DNA from: Malacoraja senta
Taxonomy: Eukaryota
Direction: 5' to 3'
DNA length: 64,000 nucleotides
NCBI GenBank assembly: GCA_038087875.1
Contig: CM075984.1
Span: 8,866,001-8,930,000, forward strand
This document shows positions 23,963-34,865 of the stretch, in pieces. The translations under genes were made by a program, and so were the position numbers. Position 1 is the stretch's first letter. The number at the start of each line of letters is the position of its first letter. The notes under the pieces are model-generated. The model ran no database searches and had not been told where the DNA came from. It worked only from the letters and a program-made list of their open reading frames with translations.

Positions 23963-24102
23963 CTTCTTCTTCTTGCGTATGGCATGCACAGCCTAAAGTT
24001 GTATATCAACTTGTTCTATTTGATCTATTTGTTTGTGCACGTCGGGTTGATTGCATTAGTCGAAACAGGGCAGACAACATGAAGGTTGCAATCTCCCACC
24101 CC
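23963..24102 (-). mobile_element. 140-bp ribozyme-headed retroposon, copy 2 (HDV-like fold 24049-24102, partly decayed)
   Basis: TSD TAGATGGCAGT (23952-23962 / 24103-24113). Head reads GGGGUGG-GA-GAUUGCA-ACC-UUCAUGU-UGU-CUGCCCU-GU-UUCGA-CUAA-UGCAAUC; (AAG)n tail. Confidence 0.88.
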
Positions 24103-24299
24103 TAGATGGCAGTTGCTCTAGCAGATGTGCCCCTAAATTATGGACACATTATAAATCAAGGATTATTATAAAATAATGATATATTGATGAAAAACATATC
24201 TGCAAATAATGTTTTTAATGATTTAATTGTTTCTGCATATTATAGCTAACTCAGCCAGTAAGGCTTCTACTTGAGTCAAAATGTCTAATTACTGAAAGA

Positions 24300-25580
24300 A
24301 TAGAAACATAGAAAATATGTGCAGGAGTAGGCCATTCAGCCCTTCGAGCCAGCACCACCATTTAATATGATCATGGCTGATCATCCAGAATCAGTACCCT
24401 GTTTCTGCTTTCTCCCCATATCCCTTGATTCCGTTAGCCCTAAAATATACTGTATATCCAACTCTCTCTTAAATACATCCAGTGAATTGGCCTCCACTGC
24501 CTTCTGTGGCAGAGAATTCCACAGATTCACAACTCTCTGGGTGAAAATGTTTTTCCTCATCTCAGTCCTAAATGGCCTACACTTTATTCTTAAACTAGTT
24601 AACCCCTAGTTCTGGACTCACCCAACATCCGAAACATTTTTCCTGCATCTATCCTGTCCAATCTCTTAAGAATTTTATATGTTTCTATAAGATCCTTTCT
24701 CACCCTTCTAAATTCCAGTGAATATGCCCAGTCGACTCATTCTTTCATCATATGTCAGTCCCACCATCCTGAGAATTCACCTGGTGAACCTACGCTGCAC
24801 TCCCTCATTTGCAAGAACGTCCTTCCTCAAATTAGGAGACCATAATTGCACACAATACTCCAGCTGTGGTCTCACCAGGGCCCTGTACAACTGCAGTAGG
24901 ACCTTGCTCCTATACACAAATCCTCTCGCTATGAAGGCCAACGTGCCATTTGATTTCTTCACTTCCTGCTGTACCTGCATGCTTACTTTCAGTGACTGAT
25001 GTACAAGGACACCCACGTTTTGTTGCACCTCCTATTTTCCTAATCTGCTACCATTCAGATAATAATCTGCCTTCTTGTTCTTGCCACCAAAGTGGATAAC
25101 CTCACATTTATCCACATTATACTGCATCTGCCATGCATCTGCCCACCCACCCAACCTATCCTAATCACCCTGCAGCCTCATAGCATCCTCCTCGCAGCTC
25201 ACACTGCCACCCAGCTTTGTGTCATCTGCAAACTTGGAGATGTTATATTTAATTCCTTTGTCTAAGTCGTCAATATACAGTGTATTGTAAATGACTGGGG
25301 TCCCAGCACTGAGCCTTGTGGCATTCCACTAGTCACTGCCTGCCATTCTGAAAAGGATCCATTAATTCCTACTCTTTGCTTCCTGTCTGCCAACCAGTTC
25401 TCTATCCATGTCAATACCCTACCCCCAATACCATGTGCTCTAATTATGCACACTAATCTCTTGTGTGGGACCTTGTCAAACACTCTTTTGAAGTCCAGAT
25501 ACACTACATCCACTGGCTCTCTCTTATCCATTCTACTTGTTACATCCTCAAAAAATTCCAGAAGATTAGTCAAGGATAAA
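24300..25580 (-). mobile_element. CR1 LINE 3' half
   Basis: LTNLLEFFEDVT, VYLDFKRVFDKVPH, SGMPQGSVLGP, LEYCVQLWSP, and an octamer-type tail (ctatgttt). Same family as 56371-58198. Confidence 0.92.
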
Positions 25581-25674
25581 CCCATGCTGATCCTGTCACT
25601 GCCTTCCAAATGCGCTGCTATTACATAATCATTGCTAAAGATATATACAAAGTCAGGGGTCAGGCTGTACCCTA

Positions 25675-25990
25675 GCATCCCCTCTCTCTCCGTCCATCCC
25701 CACCCTAGTTTTACTGTTATCCTGTTGAGTTCCTGTCTGTATAACTTGTTATCACCTATCCCACAGCCAACAGTGGCCTATTATGCACCCCACATTTACT
25801 TGATATTCCTTGATTTTCATTGCTTTTGGCATATCTTCCATTCATTTGTCCTATGTACTGCCTATATATCTCGTTCCCCTTTCCTCTGACTCTCAGTCTG
25901 AAGAAGGGTCTTGACCCAAAACGTCACCTATTCCCTTTCTCCGGAGATGCTGCCTGACCTGTCGAGTTACTCCAGTCTTTTGTGTCTGTT
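25675..25990 (+). mobile_element. Penelope 3' UTR + hammerhead terminus fragment
   Basis: Matches the 3' UTR at 40900-41069 / 44618-44785. CTGAAGA at 25898, with GAAA mutated to AAAA. Confidence 0.75.
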
Positions 25991-26269
25991 CTCAGTATCA
26001 GTATCATCTCTCTTACAGCAAACGCAGTTAAAGGCCTATCAAGGCAATTCATTTTCAATCAGCTGTCTGTGGTCTATTTCTTGTTCCACTTTCTCGAACA
26101 ACTGAGCTAACAACAAGAAGAGCTTAGCAAATCACATGTCTGCAAAATGGTTATGCAACCATGGTAGAGTGGAGGGGTCAAATGTTGACTGTGACCTGAG
26201 GACCAGTTGAGCATACTTCTGTTTATTGCACTCTGACCTTTTTATTAGTGCTGCAGTTCCTTGGTGGCG

Positions 26270-26535
26270 GTGGTGGAGCATCGCGGCGGTGAAGCCTCAC
26301 GATCAGCGGTCGATGAGAGCTTGAGGGGTCCGCGGTGAGGGAGGGGGAAGAACAATGGACAAAGGAAGACCCAGCGTGGGGTGACGCAGTGTGGGTACAA
26401 AGGAGGAGCCAGCATACTTTGTAACTTTATCAGCGTCGCAGGAGGCTGCTATTTATATACCTTGGGTATGCAAGCAAAGAATTTCACTGTGCCTTGTCAC
26501 ATGTGACAGTAAAGTATTCCATTCCATTCCATTCA
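26270..26535 (+). mobile_element. Unclassified retroposon 3' end with Rex1-type tail
   Basis: aagaatttcactgtgcc...catgtgacagtaaagt(attcc)n terminus. Confidence 0.45.
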
Positions 26536-26849
26536 AGGTGGAGATATAACAAAGAAGAAAGATGCAATCACAGCACTAATTATAGGCATAATATTGACTT
26601 CCTTGTTAAACCAATTTTATAAGTATCAGCAGTGAAAAAGCAGAAAAATGTATCAGCTGGAATTCTGAAGCAGATCGCCATTCAGTTGTACAGTACAGAA
26701 ATGGGCTTTCAGCTGACCACATCCAGCTGACCTTTTTGCCACTCTACATTAATTCTATTTGCCCACAAAGTCCATATCTGTTTATGTTTTGCTTATTTGA
26801 GTGACCGTCTAAATAAAACACAGTGATTGTTTCTGATTCTTAAGGTGCC

Positions 26850-28110
26850 CCATCTGAACTAGTCCCATTTGCCCATGTTTGGTGCATATCCTTCTAAACC
26901 TTTCCGCTCCATATACTTGTCCAAATATATTTTAAATGTTGTTATTGTACCTGCCTCAACTACTTCATCTGGCAGCTTGTTCCATATGCCCAGCATCTTC
27001 TGTGAGAAATAGTTACCCCTCAGACTCCTATTAAATCTTTTCCCTTTCACTTTAAACCTATGTCCTCTCATTCTTAATTTCCCTACCCTGGAAAAAAGCC
27101 TCTGTGCATTTAATCCTTCTATCGCCCTCATGGTTTTACGCATCTCTAACATTACCCATATGCCTCCTGCACTCCAAGGGAAAAAACCCAGCCTGCCCAA
27201 CTCTCCCTTTATGTCAGGCCCTCAAGTCCTGGCAACATCCTCTTAAACCTTCTCTGCAGTCTTTTCAGCTTAATGATATTTTTCCAATAGCAGGGTGACC
27301 AAAAACTGAACATAGTACTACGAGTTCAGCCTCACCAACGTCTTGTACAACTGTAACACAAGGTCCCAATTTCTATACTCAAATCCCTGAATGATGAAGC
27401 CCAGTGAGCCAAAACCCTTCTTCACCACCCTATCTACCTGTACCGTCACTTTCAGGGAACTATGTACTCCTCTGATCCTTATGTTCAACAACATTCCCCA
27501 GAGCTCTACCATTCCATGTGAAGGTCCCACTATGGTTTGACTTCCCAAGATGCAACATCTCCTACCTATCTGCATTAAACGCCAATAGCCATTTGACAGC
27601 CCTGTTGGGCAGCTGAAGTTCTTGGTAACCAATCTTCACTATCTATGATACAAATGTTCTAATGCTTTGTACATTCTCATCCAAATCCTTAATATACATA
27701 TCAAACCCTGAGACACACCTCTAGTCACAGGTCTCCAGTCCGAAAACAGCCTTTCACCACCACTCTCTGCATCCTACCATGAAGTCAATTATGCATCCAA
27801 TTAGTTAGCTCTCCCTGTATCCTATGTGATCTACCCTTCCATTTTTGTTTAGTTTGTTTTGTCACGTATGCCAAGGTGCAGTGAAAAGCCTCTCAAAAAT
27901 GTGGTTGAAGTCCATATAGATTATGTTTATGGTTGGTTCATCCTCGTTGGTTACTTCTTCAAAGAACTAAATCAGATTCATGAGATCTCCCATGCACAAA
28001 CCCCAGCTGACTATCCCTAATCAACCCTTGTATTTCCAAATGCATGTATATCTTATCCCTCATAATCCACCCCAGTAACATTCCCAGCACAGACATTGGG
28101 CTTATCAACC
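26850..28110 (-). mobile_element. Degraded CR1 LINE
   Basis: MRGHRFKVKGKRF...IWNKLPDEVVEAGTITTFK.YLDKYM; LQLYKTLVR. Confidence 0.8.
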
Positions 28111-28160
28111 ACTAGTCGTGTAAAGAATTTCCCCTCAAATCCAGTTTAAACTCCTTCTTC

Positions 28161-29411
28161 CAGGGCTGCCAACATTGGGTGAGAGTTGAGAGTGAGAAAT
28201 TGCGAGGGAGCGTAGCGACCGGGGAGGGGGGTAGGGAGCTTTTGCATTTTTCAGCTTGAAATTGTGCAATCTGGTGCATATTGTAGCGAGTCTTTTAACT
28301 TGCATTTGAATGCAACATTGTGCAATGCTTTAAATTGGATTAGGTATGAATAAGGTTAGGCTAAATTACATTCCTAAAGACATTCCACAATAGAGCCAGG
28401 CTCTGATCAACAGGTGCAGCACGTGAATGACTGTATTCATATATGGAAATCAGATTATATTCATGCTGTTATGTATATATATAGAGAAAAACTCAGAGAA
28501 ACAAAGCAAAAGTCGGACTTCCATCACTGTTTGATTTTGATTTGATTTGATTTGATTGTTCTGCACAAATAAATCAATCAACCTTGTTCAAGAAGGAACT
28601 ACAGATGCTGGAGAATCGAAGGTAGACAAAATTGCTGGAGAAACTCAGCGGGTGCGGAAGCATCTATGGAGCGAAGGAAATAGGCAACGTTTTGGGCCGA
28701 AACCCTTCTTCAGACGGTTTCAACCTTACCCTTTGAATATAGAAACAAGACGAAAATAATGCCACATATTCAATCATATATGGTTCAATGAAATTAAGAT
28801 ATATATGTAAAAATATATATGGAAACAGGCCCTTCCGCCCACAAAGTTCACACCGACCAGCAATCTATCATACACCAATTCCATCCATCACGCCAGGGAC
28901 AATTTACAGAAGCCAATTAACCTACAAACCTGCACTTCTTTCGGATATGGGAGAAACCGGGATATCCAGAGAAAACCCATGTGGTAGTAAGGTAGCAACT
29001 CTACCGCTGCGCCACCGTGCCACCCCATTCAATTATTTTTTCTGTAATATATTTATTATGGTGTCACGTGAATAAAGATGAACACATGATTCTGATTTCT
29101 GCCCTTAGTTGGATAACACACATGTCCAGTCATTGTGTTTTATGGCTGATTTTCAACCTCTTCAGGCTGAAGGTCTCGACTCAAAACATCACCCATTCTT
29201 TCTCCCCAGTGATGCTGCCTGTCCTGCTGAGTTTTTCTAGTTTTTAGTGTCTATCTTCAGTTTAAACCAGCATCTGCAATTCCTTCCTACACTATTTGTT
29301 AAGTAAAACAGGTCCTATTCTCATTATATAATTTTGTGATCAGTGTGAGAGCGTGAGAATTTTGTGAAATGCGTGAGTCTCACGCTCAATGCATGAGAGT
29401 TGGCAGCCCTG
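28161..29411. mobile_element. Non-autonomous DNA transposon (hAT/Blackjack-like) with 13-bp TIRs; hosts nested retroposons
   Basis: CAGGGCTGCCAAC at 28161-28173 and GTTGGCAGCCCTG at 29399-29411. The 8-bp flanks do not match. A second right end lies at ~30170-30249. Confidence 0.6.
28586..28715 (-). mobile_element. Penelope terminal mini-element (130 bp)
   Basis: Starts at GTCTGAAGA and ends ...GTTCCTTCTTGAAC. Probable TSD TCAACCTT at 28578-28585 / 28720-28727. Confidence 0.8.
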
Positions 29412-29769
29412 CTAATAATGCAAACATTTTATGCAAGTTCCAATTGTTTGGACAAAAATCACTTATTACTGCTTTATAATAGTTAAGTTACATTAAGACC
29501 ATTTCAGAAATTATGACAGTCAACAAAAAATCAACTAACAAATTAAAGCAAACTAAAAGAAAATAACATGCTCCCTTTCCTGACTCTACCTCATAAGTAC
29601 TTTAACGCTGTTAACAGAGCAAAGGGATATTAATCTCAAGAATCAAAATGGGGAAAGTGAGGGCAATTTTGCTTAAATGGTCATTCTAAGCCCATTCAGA
29701 TCTGCATAGAGTCAGAGTTATACAACATGTACATGGCTGGCCCAATTTGTCCATAATGATCAAATTGGC

Positions 29770-29946
29770 ATTCTGCGTGCCCAGGGACTGGCTGCCGTTC
29801 CCAGATCAGCTCGCGTCCCAGGGGCTGGCTGCAGTTCTCAGGTCGGCTCGCCTGCCCCGACCCCGTGAAAACAAATTGAAAAAACCCCGCGGTTTTTCGG
29901 GTTACGGGCCGAATTCGGCCCGTGTGCCGTAGGTTGCCGAACCCTG
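29770..29946. mobile_element. hAT-Charlie-like terminal fragment with a 20-bp perfect palindrome
   Basis: Ends AGGTTGCCGAACCCTG (TIR-like CAGGGTTCGGCAACCT on the minus strand). ACGGGCCGAATTCGGCCCGT at 29904-29923. Confidence 0.5.
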
Positions 29947-30269
29947 TCCTAGATGTTTGGCCTCATTGTGGTTCCCCCATGTTTTACAACCAATTCACCT
30001 GGTTAGTTCTATCTCCGGCTGCTTCATGTTGTCGGCGGCAGCACATCCAACCAAGAAAGAAGATAAGAGATGCGACGTTACTCACAGCCGCCAACTGACG
30101 TGCTTCCCCAGACTGCACAGATCGCTGTGATGTGGCGCAAAAGAGACAAACTGTGCAGCCACTGAAGACAGTGAGAATTCTGTCATCAGCGTGAGCAGTG
30201 GCTGAAATGCGTGACTCTCACGCTCAAAGCGTGAGAGTTGGCAGCCCTGTCTAAGGCCAGGATGTGACA

Positions 30270-30302
30270 ACAGACACACAGGGAGACACATACACAAAGG
30301 AA

Positions 30303-30350
<48 letters not shown>

Positions 30351-30746
30351 GGGAGACAGACAGACACACACACGGGGAGACACACACACACACAGAGACA
30401 CATACACACAGGGATACACACACACGGGGAGACACACAGACACACACACGGGGAGACACACACACACACACAGACACACATACACACTGGGAGACACACA
30501 CACACAGGGAGACACACAGACACTCACACACACACAGGGAGACAAACAACAAACACGGGGAGATACACACAGGGAGACACACACACAGGGAGACACACAG
30601 ACACGCGCACACACACACAGGGACACACACACACACAGGGAGACACACACACACACAGGGAGACACACACAGGGAGACACACACACACACAGGGAGACAC
30701 ACACACACAAGGAGACACACACAGGGAGACAGACACACACACACAC
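30270..30746. repeat. Compound (CA)n / GGGAGA(CA)n minisatellite
   Basis: Directly visible; followed by a polypyrimidine tract to ~30948. Confidence 0.95.
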
Positions 30747-30943
30747 CATTTCTTCCCCCTCCCTCCATCCACCCCTTCCTCCCTCCTGCCCCCATCCTTC
30801 CCTCTTTCCTCCCCCTCCCTCTTTCTCCACTTTCTCCTTTCCTTCCTTCATCCCCTTTCTACATTCCCCCCCCTTGTCTCGCTTTGCCTCCATCCCTCCC
30901 TTTTTTTCTTTCCCTCTCTCTCTCTTTCCCCCCTCCCTCTCTC

Positions 30944-31215
30944 TCCCCGGCCGCCCAATGGGGAGTCTGGCGTGCACGGTGTAGCGTGGATTGGTGGCGC
31001 TGGCGCTGCCGTGTGAGTTGAAGGGCAGGAGGGAGGGAGGGAGCGAGGCTGCAGCGGCTCACAGCCGGCAGCGCTCACAGCCGGCACATAGAGCTGCTGA
31101 CACCCGGCGGCTGCACATCCAACCAAGAGAGAAGAGAAGCGACATCACTCACAGCTGGCAACCGACGCGCTTCGCCAAACCGTGCAGATCCCTGGCACGC
31201 GGCGCAAAGGGACAA
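30944..31215. promoter_or_regulatory. CpG-rich promoter-like island with two CCAAT boxes
   Basis: High CpG density in a CpG-poor, non-TE context. CCAAT at ~30955, ATTGG at ~30990, and GGGA repeats. Target gene not identified. Confidence 0.4.
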
Positions 31216-32958
31216 TGTATTGGAAAAATGCCACCAATGCTGTTTCTGCAAAATCCTCCAAATCCACTGTAAATCAATATCTTGTACTCTCCGAGCTACA
31301 CATCCCCAACATCGAGGCACTAATTACAGATATTTGGCTCCCCTGGGAAGACACATCATTTGTTTGCCTGACATCAGACTCTGAAACAGACATATTATTC
31401 CTACCTCCGTCATAGCAAGAGATAATGAGGCAGACAGAGGAAAAGATTCAGGGTCGGTTTCAAAGTTTCCTTGAAAAAAAAACATATGCCCGCTGATTCC
31501 TGTGAATCTGCATAAAGGAACATTCAGTATGCCACGAGAGACATTAATTTGATGAGTTGGAACACACAGAGACACAATGTAAATACCACCTTGTAACCTA
31601 CTTGCTCGCCTGTGCTATCATAGAAGAATTCAAGGTTCCCATATTGGTCTCATCAATCATGTTAGAATCCGCAAAATTAGGCAGACTGCCTAAGATGGAA
31701 GCACATGCTAATCTTCAAACTAGGAATTTAGTGTTCAAGGCCCATTCCAGAGATTTGTACACAGCAATTTAGGCTCGCACTGGTGGAGACCCTCACTTTG
31801 TTGTCTAATGGATGAAATGTTTAATCATGGCTCCATCAGTCCCTTCAAAAGGGTCAAAACAGCAGCACTGAATATTTTGAACTTTGGTTTAACGTGAAAT
31901 GGTATTTTTATGTTGATCTTTGCAAATTTGCAGTGTTTACTTAAAATGTGCTGAGGAGATAATGTAAGTGCTGATGCCTTTTAGTTATATCCATCCTGAC
32001 ATTGCTACTTTAGCTGAGCATATTTTGAAGAACAGCAGGGAAGTTTTCTGCAGTGACCAAGTTGATATTTACAGCCAGTCCTTAAAACTGAAACTGTATA
32101 TCCTGACTCTCAGAATCCCCACCATTAACTTTCCCACCACCGGTCAGACTCACAGAGCTGCAGTTCCCAGTCTTTTCCTTGCAGCCTTTCTTAAATAGGG
32201 GCACAACATGAGCCCATGTTATGACTCCAGTCTTCTGAAACCTTTCCTTTGACTACTGATGATACAGATACCTCTGCCAGAGGCCCTGCAGTTTCTTCCC
32301 TAGCTTGTCACAATGTCAAAGGATATACATGAGCAGTTCTCAGGGATTTATCTAACTTTAAGCAATGTAAACCACCAGCACCTCCTCTCCTGTAATGCAG
32401 ATTATCTTCAAGGCATCAGTATTAACTTCCCCAAGAGCCCCAGCATCCGTATCTTAGTCCACGATAAATATAACTTTGAAATATTCATTTAACATTAATT
32501 TAAATATCCATCTCCTGTAGCTCCTGAGCAACCTCTCTCACTTGCTCCCCTTCCTGCCTTCCTTGTCAACTTTCTCATTTCTCTCTGTACCTGTGGCCTG
32601 ACCACCTTGCTAAACATATGATCTCTGACATATTTCACATGTTTCATCTGGTACTTTCTTGTAAACATGTTTAAACTGCCTATATCTCTGCAAACCTTTC
32701 CCAGCTTACTTTACCACCCGGCTTTGAACCAGGAATGTGAATACGTTACACAAAACGGAAAATGCTGGAAAACCTCAACAAGCCAAGCAGCATCTGTGGA
32801 AATAGAAACCACGTTTTGGAACTGTGACCTTATGTAGGAGATGGGAAAAGAGTGAGTTGCAAGTAGGTTTTCAGTGGTAGGGAAGGTGGAGAACAAAGGG
32901 AGTGTCTGATAGGATGAATCACAATGGCTTAATAGGCATGGTTATCACTATATTGAGC

Positions 32959-34865
32959 CACACAAAAATGCTGGAGAAACTCAGCGGGTGCAGCAGCATC
33001 TATGGAGTGAAGGAAATAGGTAACGTTTCGGGCCGAAACCCTTCTTCAGACTGATAGGGGGTGGGGAGAAGAAATGAAAAAAGGCAGAGGAGGAGCCCGA
33101 GGGCTGAGGGATGGGAGGAGACAACCAGAGGGCTGAGGAAGGGGAGGAGACAGCAAGGGCTAGCAAAATTGGGAGAATTCGATGTTCATACCCCCAGGAT
33201 GTAGACTGCCCAAGAGGAATATGAGGTGCATTTCCTCCAATTTCCGGTGTTGCTCGCTGTGGCCATGGAGGAGACCCAGGACAGAGAGGTCAGATATGGA
33301 ATGGGAGGGGGAGATGAAGTGCTGAGCCACCGGGAGGTCAGGTTGGTTATTGCGGACCGACCGGAGGTGTTCAGCGAAACGATCGCCAAGCCTCCGCTTG
33401 GTTTCGCCAATGTAGATCAGCTGACATCTAGAGCAGCGGATGCAATAGGTGAGGTTGGAGGAGATGCAGGTGAACCTCTGTCGCACCTGGAACGACTGCT
33501 TGGGTCCTTGAATGGAGTCGAGGGGGGAGGTGAAGGGACAAGTGTTGCATCTCTTGCGGTTGCAAGGGAAAGTACCCGGGGAGGGGGTGCTGCGGGAGGG
33601 AAGGGAAGAATTGACAAGGGAGTTACGGAGGGAGCGGTCTTTCCGGCACTCAAATACACCTGGACCATTTCCGACACTTCCCTACCATTCCTTGACCTCA
33701 CTATCTCCATTGCAGGTGATAGACTTCTTACCGACATCCACTACAAACCTACTGACTCCCATGGCTATCTGGAATACACTTCTTCCCACCCTGCTTCCTG
33801 TAAGGACTCCATCCCCCACAACAAATTCCTACGTCTATGCCGCATCTGCTCCCAGGATGAGGCGTTCCACACCAGGGCATCCGAAATGTCCTCATTCTTC
33901 AAGGAATGAGGGTTCCCCTCCTCCACCATAGATGAGGCTCGCACCAGGGTCTCTGCCATACCCCGCAACACTGCTCTCTCTCCCCATCCCCCCACTCACA
34001 ACAAGGGCAGAGTCCCCCTAGTCCTCACCTTTCACCCCACCAGCCATCACTTGTGCAACAAGTGATCCTCCATCAGTTTCGCCACCTCCAACGTGACCCC
34101 ACCACTCGCCACATCTTCCCATCTCCCCCCATGTCTGCCTTCCGCAAAGACCGCTCCTTCCGTAACTCCCTTCTCAATTCTTCCCTTCCCTCCTGCACCA
34201 CCCCCTCCCCGGGTACTTTCCCTTGCAACCGCAAGAGATGCAACACTTGTCCCTTCACCTCCCCCCTCGACTCCATTCAAGGACCCAACCAGTCGTTCCA
34301 GGAATGACAGAGGTTCACCTGCATCTCCTCCAACCTCATCTATTGCATCCGCTGCTCTAGATGTCAGCTGATCTACATCGGTCAGACCAAGCGGAGGCTT
34401 GGCGATCGTTTCGCCGAACTCCTCCGGTCGGTCCGCAATAACCAACCTGACCTCCCGGTGGCTCAGCACTTCAACTCCCCCTCCCATTCCATATCTGACC
34501 TTTCTGTCCTGGGTCTCCTCCATGGCCACAGCGAGCAACACCGGAAATTGGAGGAAATGCACCTCATATTCCGCTTGGGCAGTCTACATCCTGGGGGCAT
34601 GAACATCGAATTCTCCCAATTTTGCTAGCCCTTGCTGTCTCCTCCCCTTCCTCAGCCCTCTGGTTGTTTCCTCCCATCCCTCGGCCCTCGGGCTCCTCCT
34701 CCGCCTTTTTTCCTTTCTTCTCCCCACCACCTATCAGTCTGAAGAAGGGTTTCGACCCGAAACGTTGCCTATTTCCTTCGCTCCATTGATGCTGCTGCAC
34801 CCGCTGAGTTTCTCCAGCATTTTTGTGTACCTTCGATTTTCCAGCATCTGCAGTTCCTTCTTTTA
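32959..34865. mobile_element. Large inverted Penelope insertion (minus arm 32959-33642, plus arm 33642-34865), each arm ending in an intact hammerhead core
   Basis: TSD CACTATATTGAGC at 32946-32958 / 34866-34878. Hammerhead cores at 33022-33049 (-) and 34739-34766 (+). GIY-YIG is present in both arms. Confidence 0.93.

Noticed and set aside
30082-31016. Long Cys-Val / His-Thr ORFs
   Set aside because: Translations of the CA/TG minisatellite; no coding signal.
31214-31415. ATG-initiated ORF after the CpG island
   Set aside because: No recognisable protein similarity or splice support.
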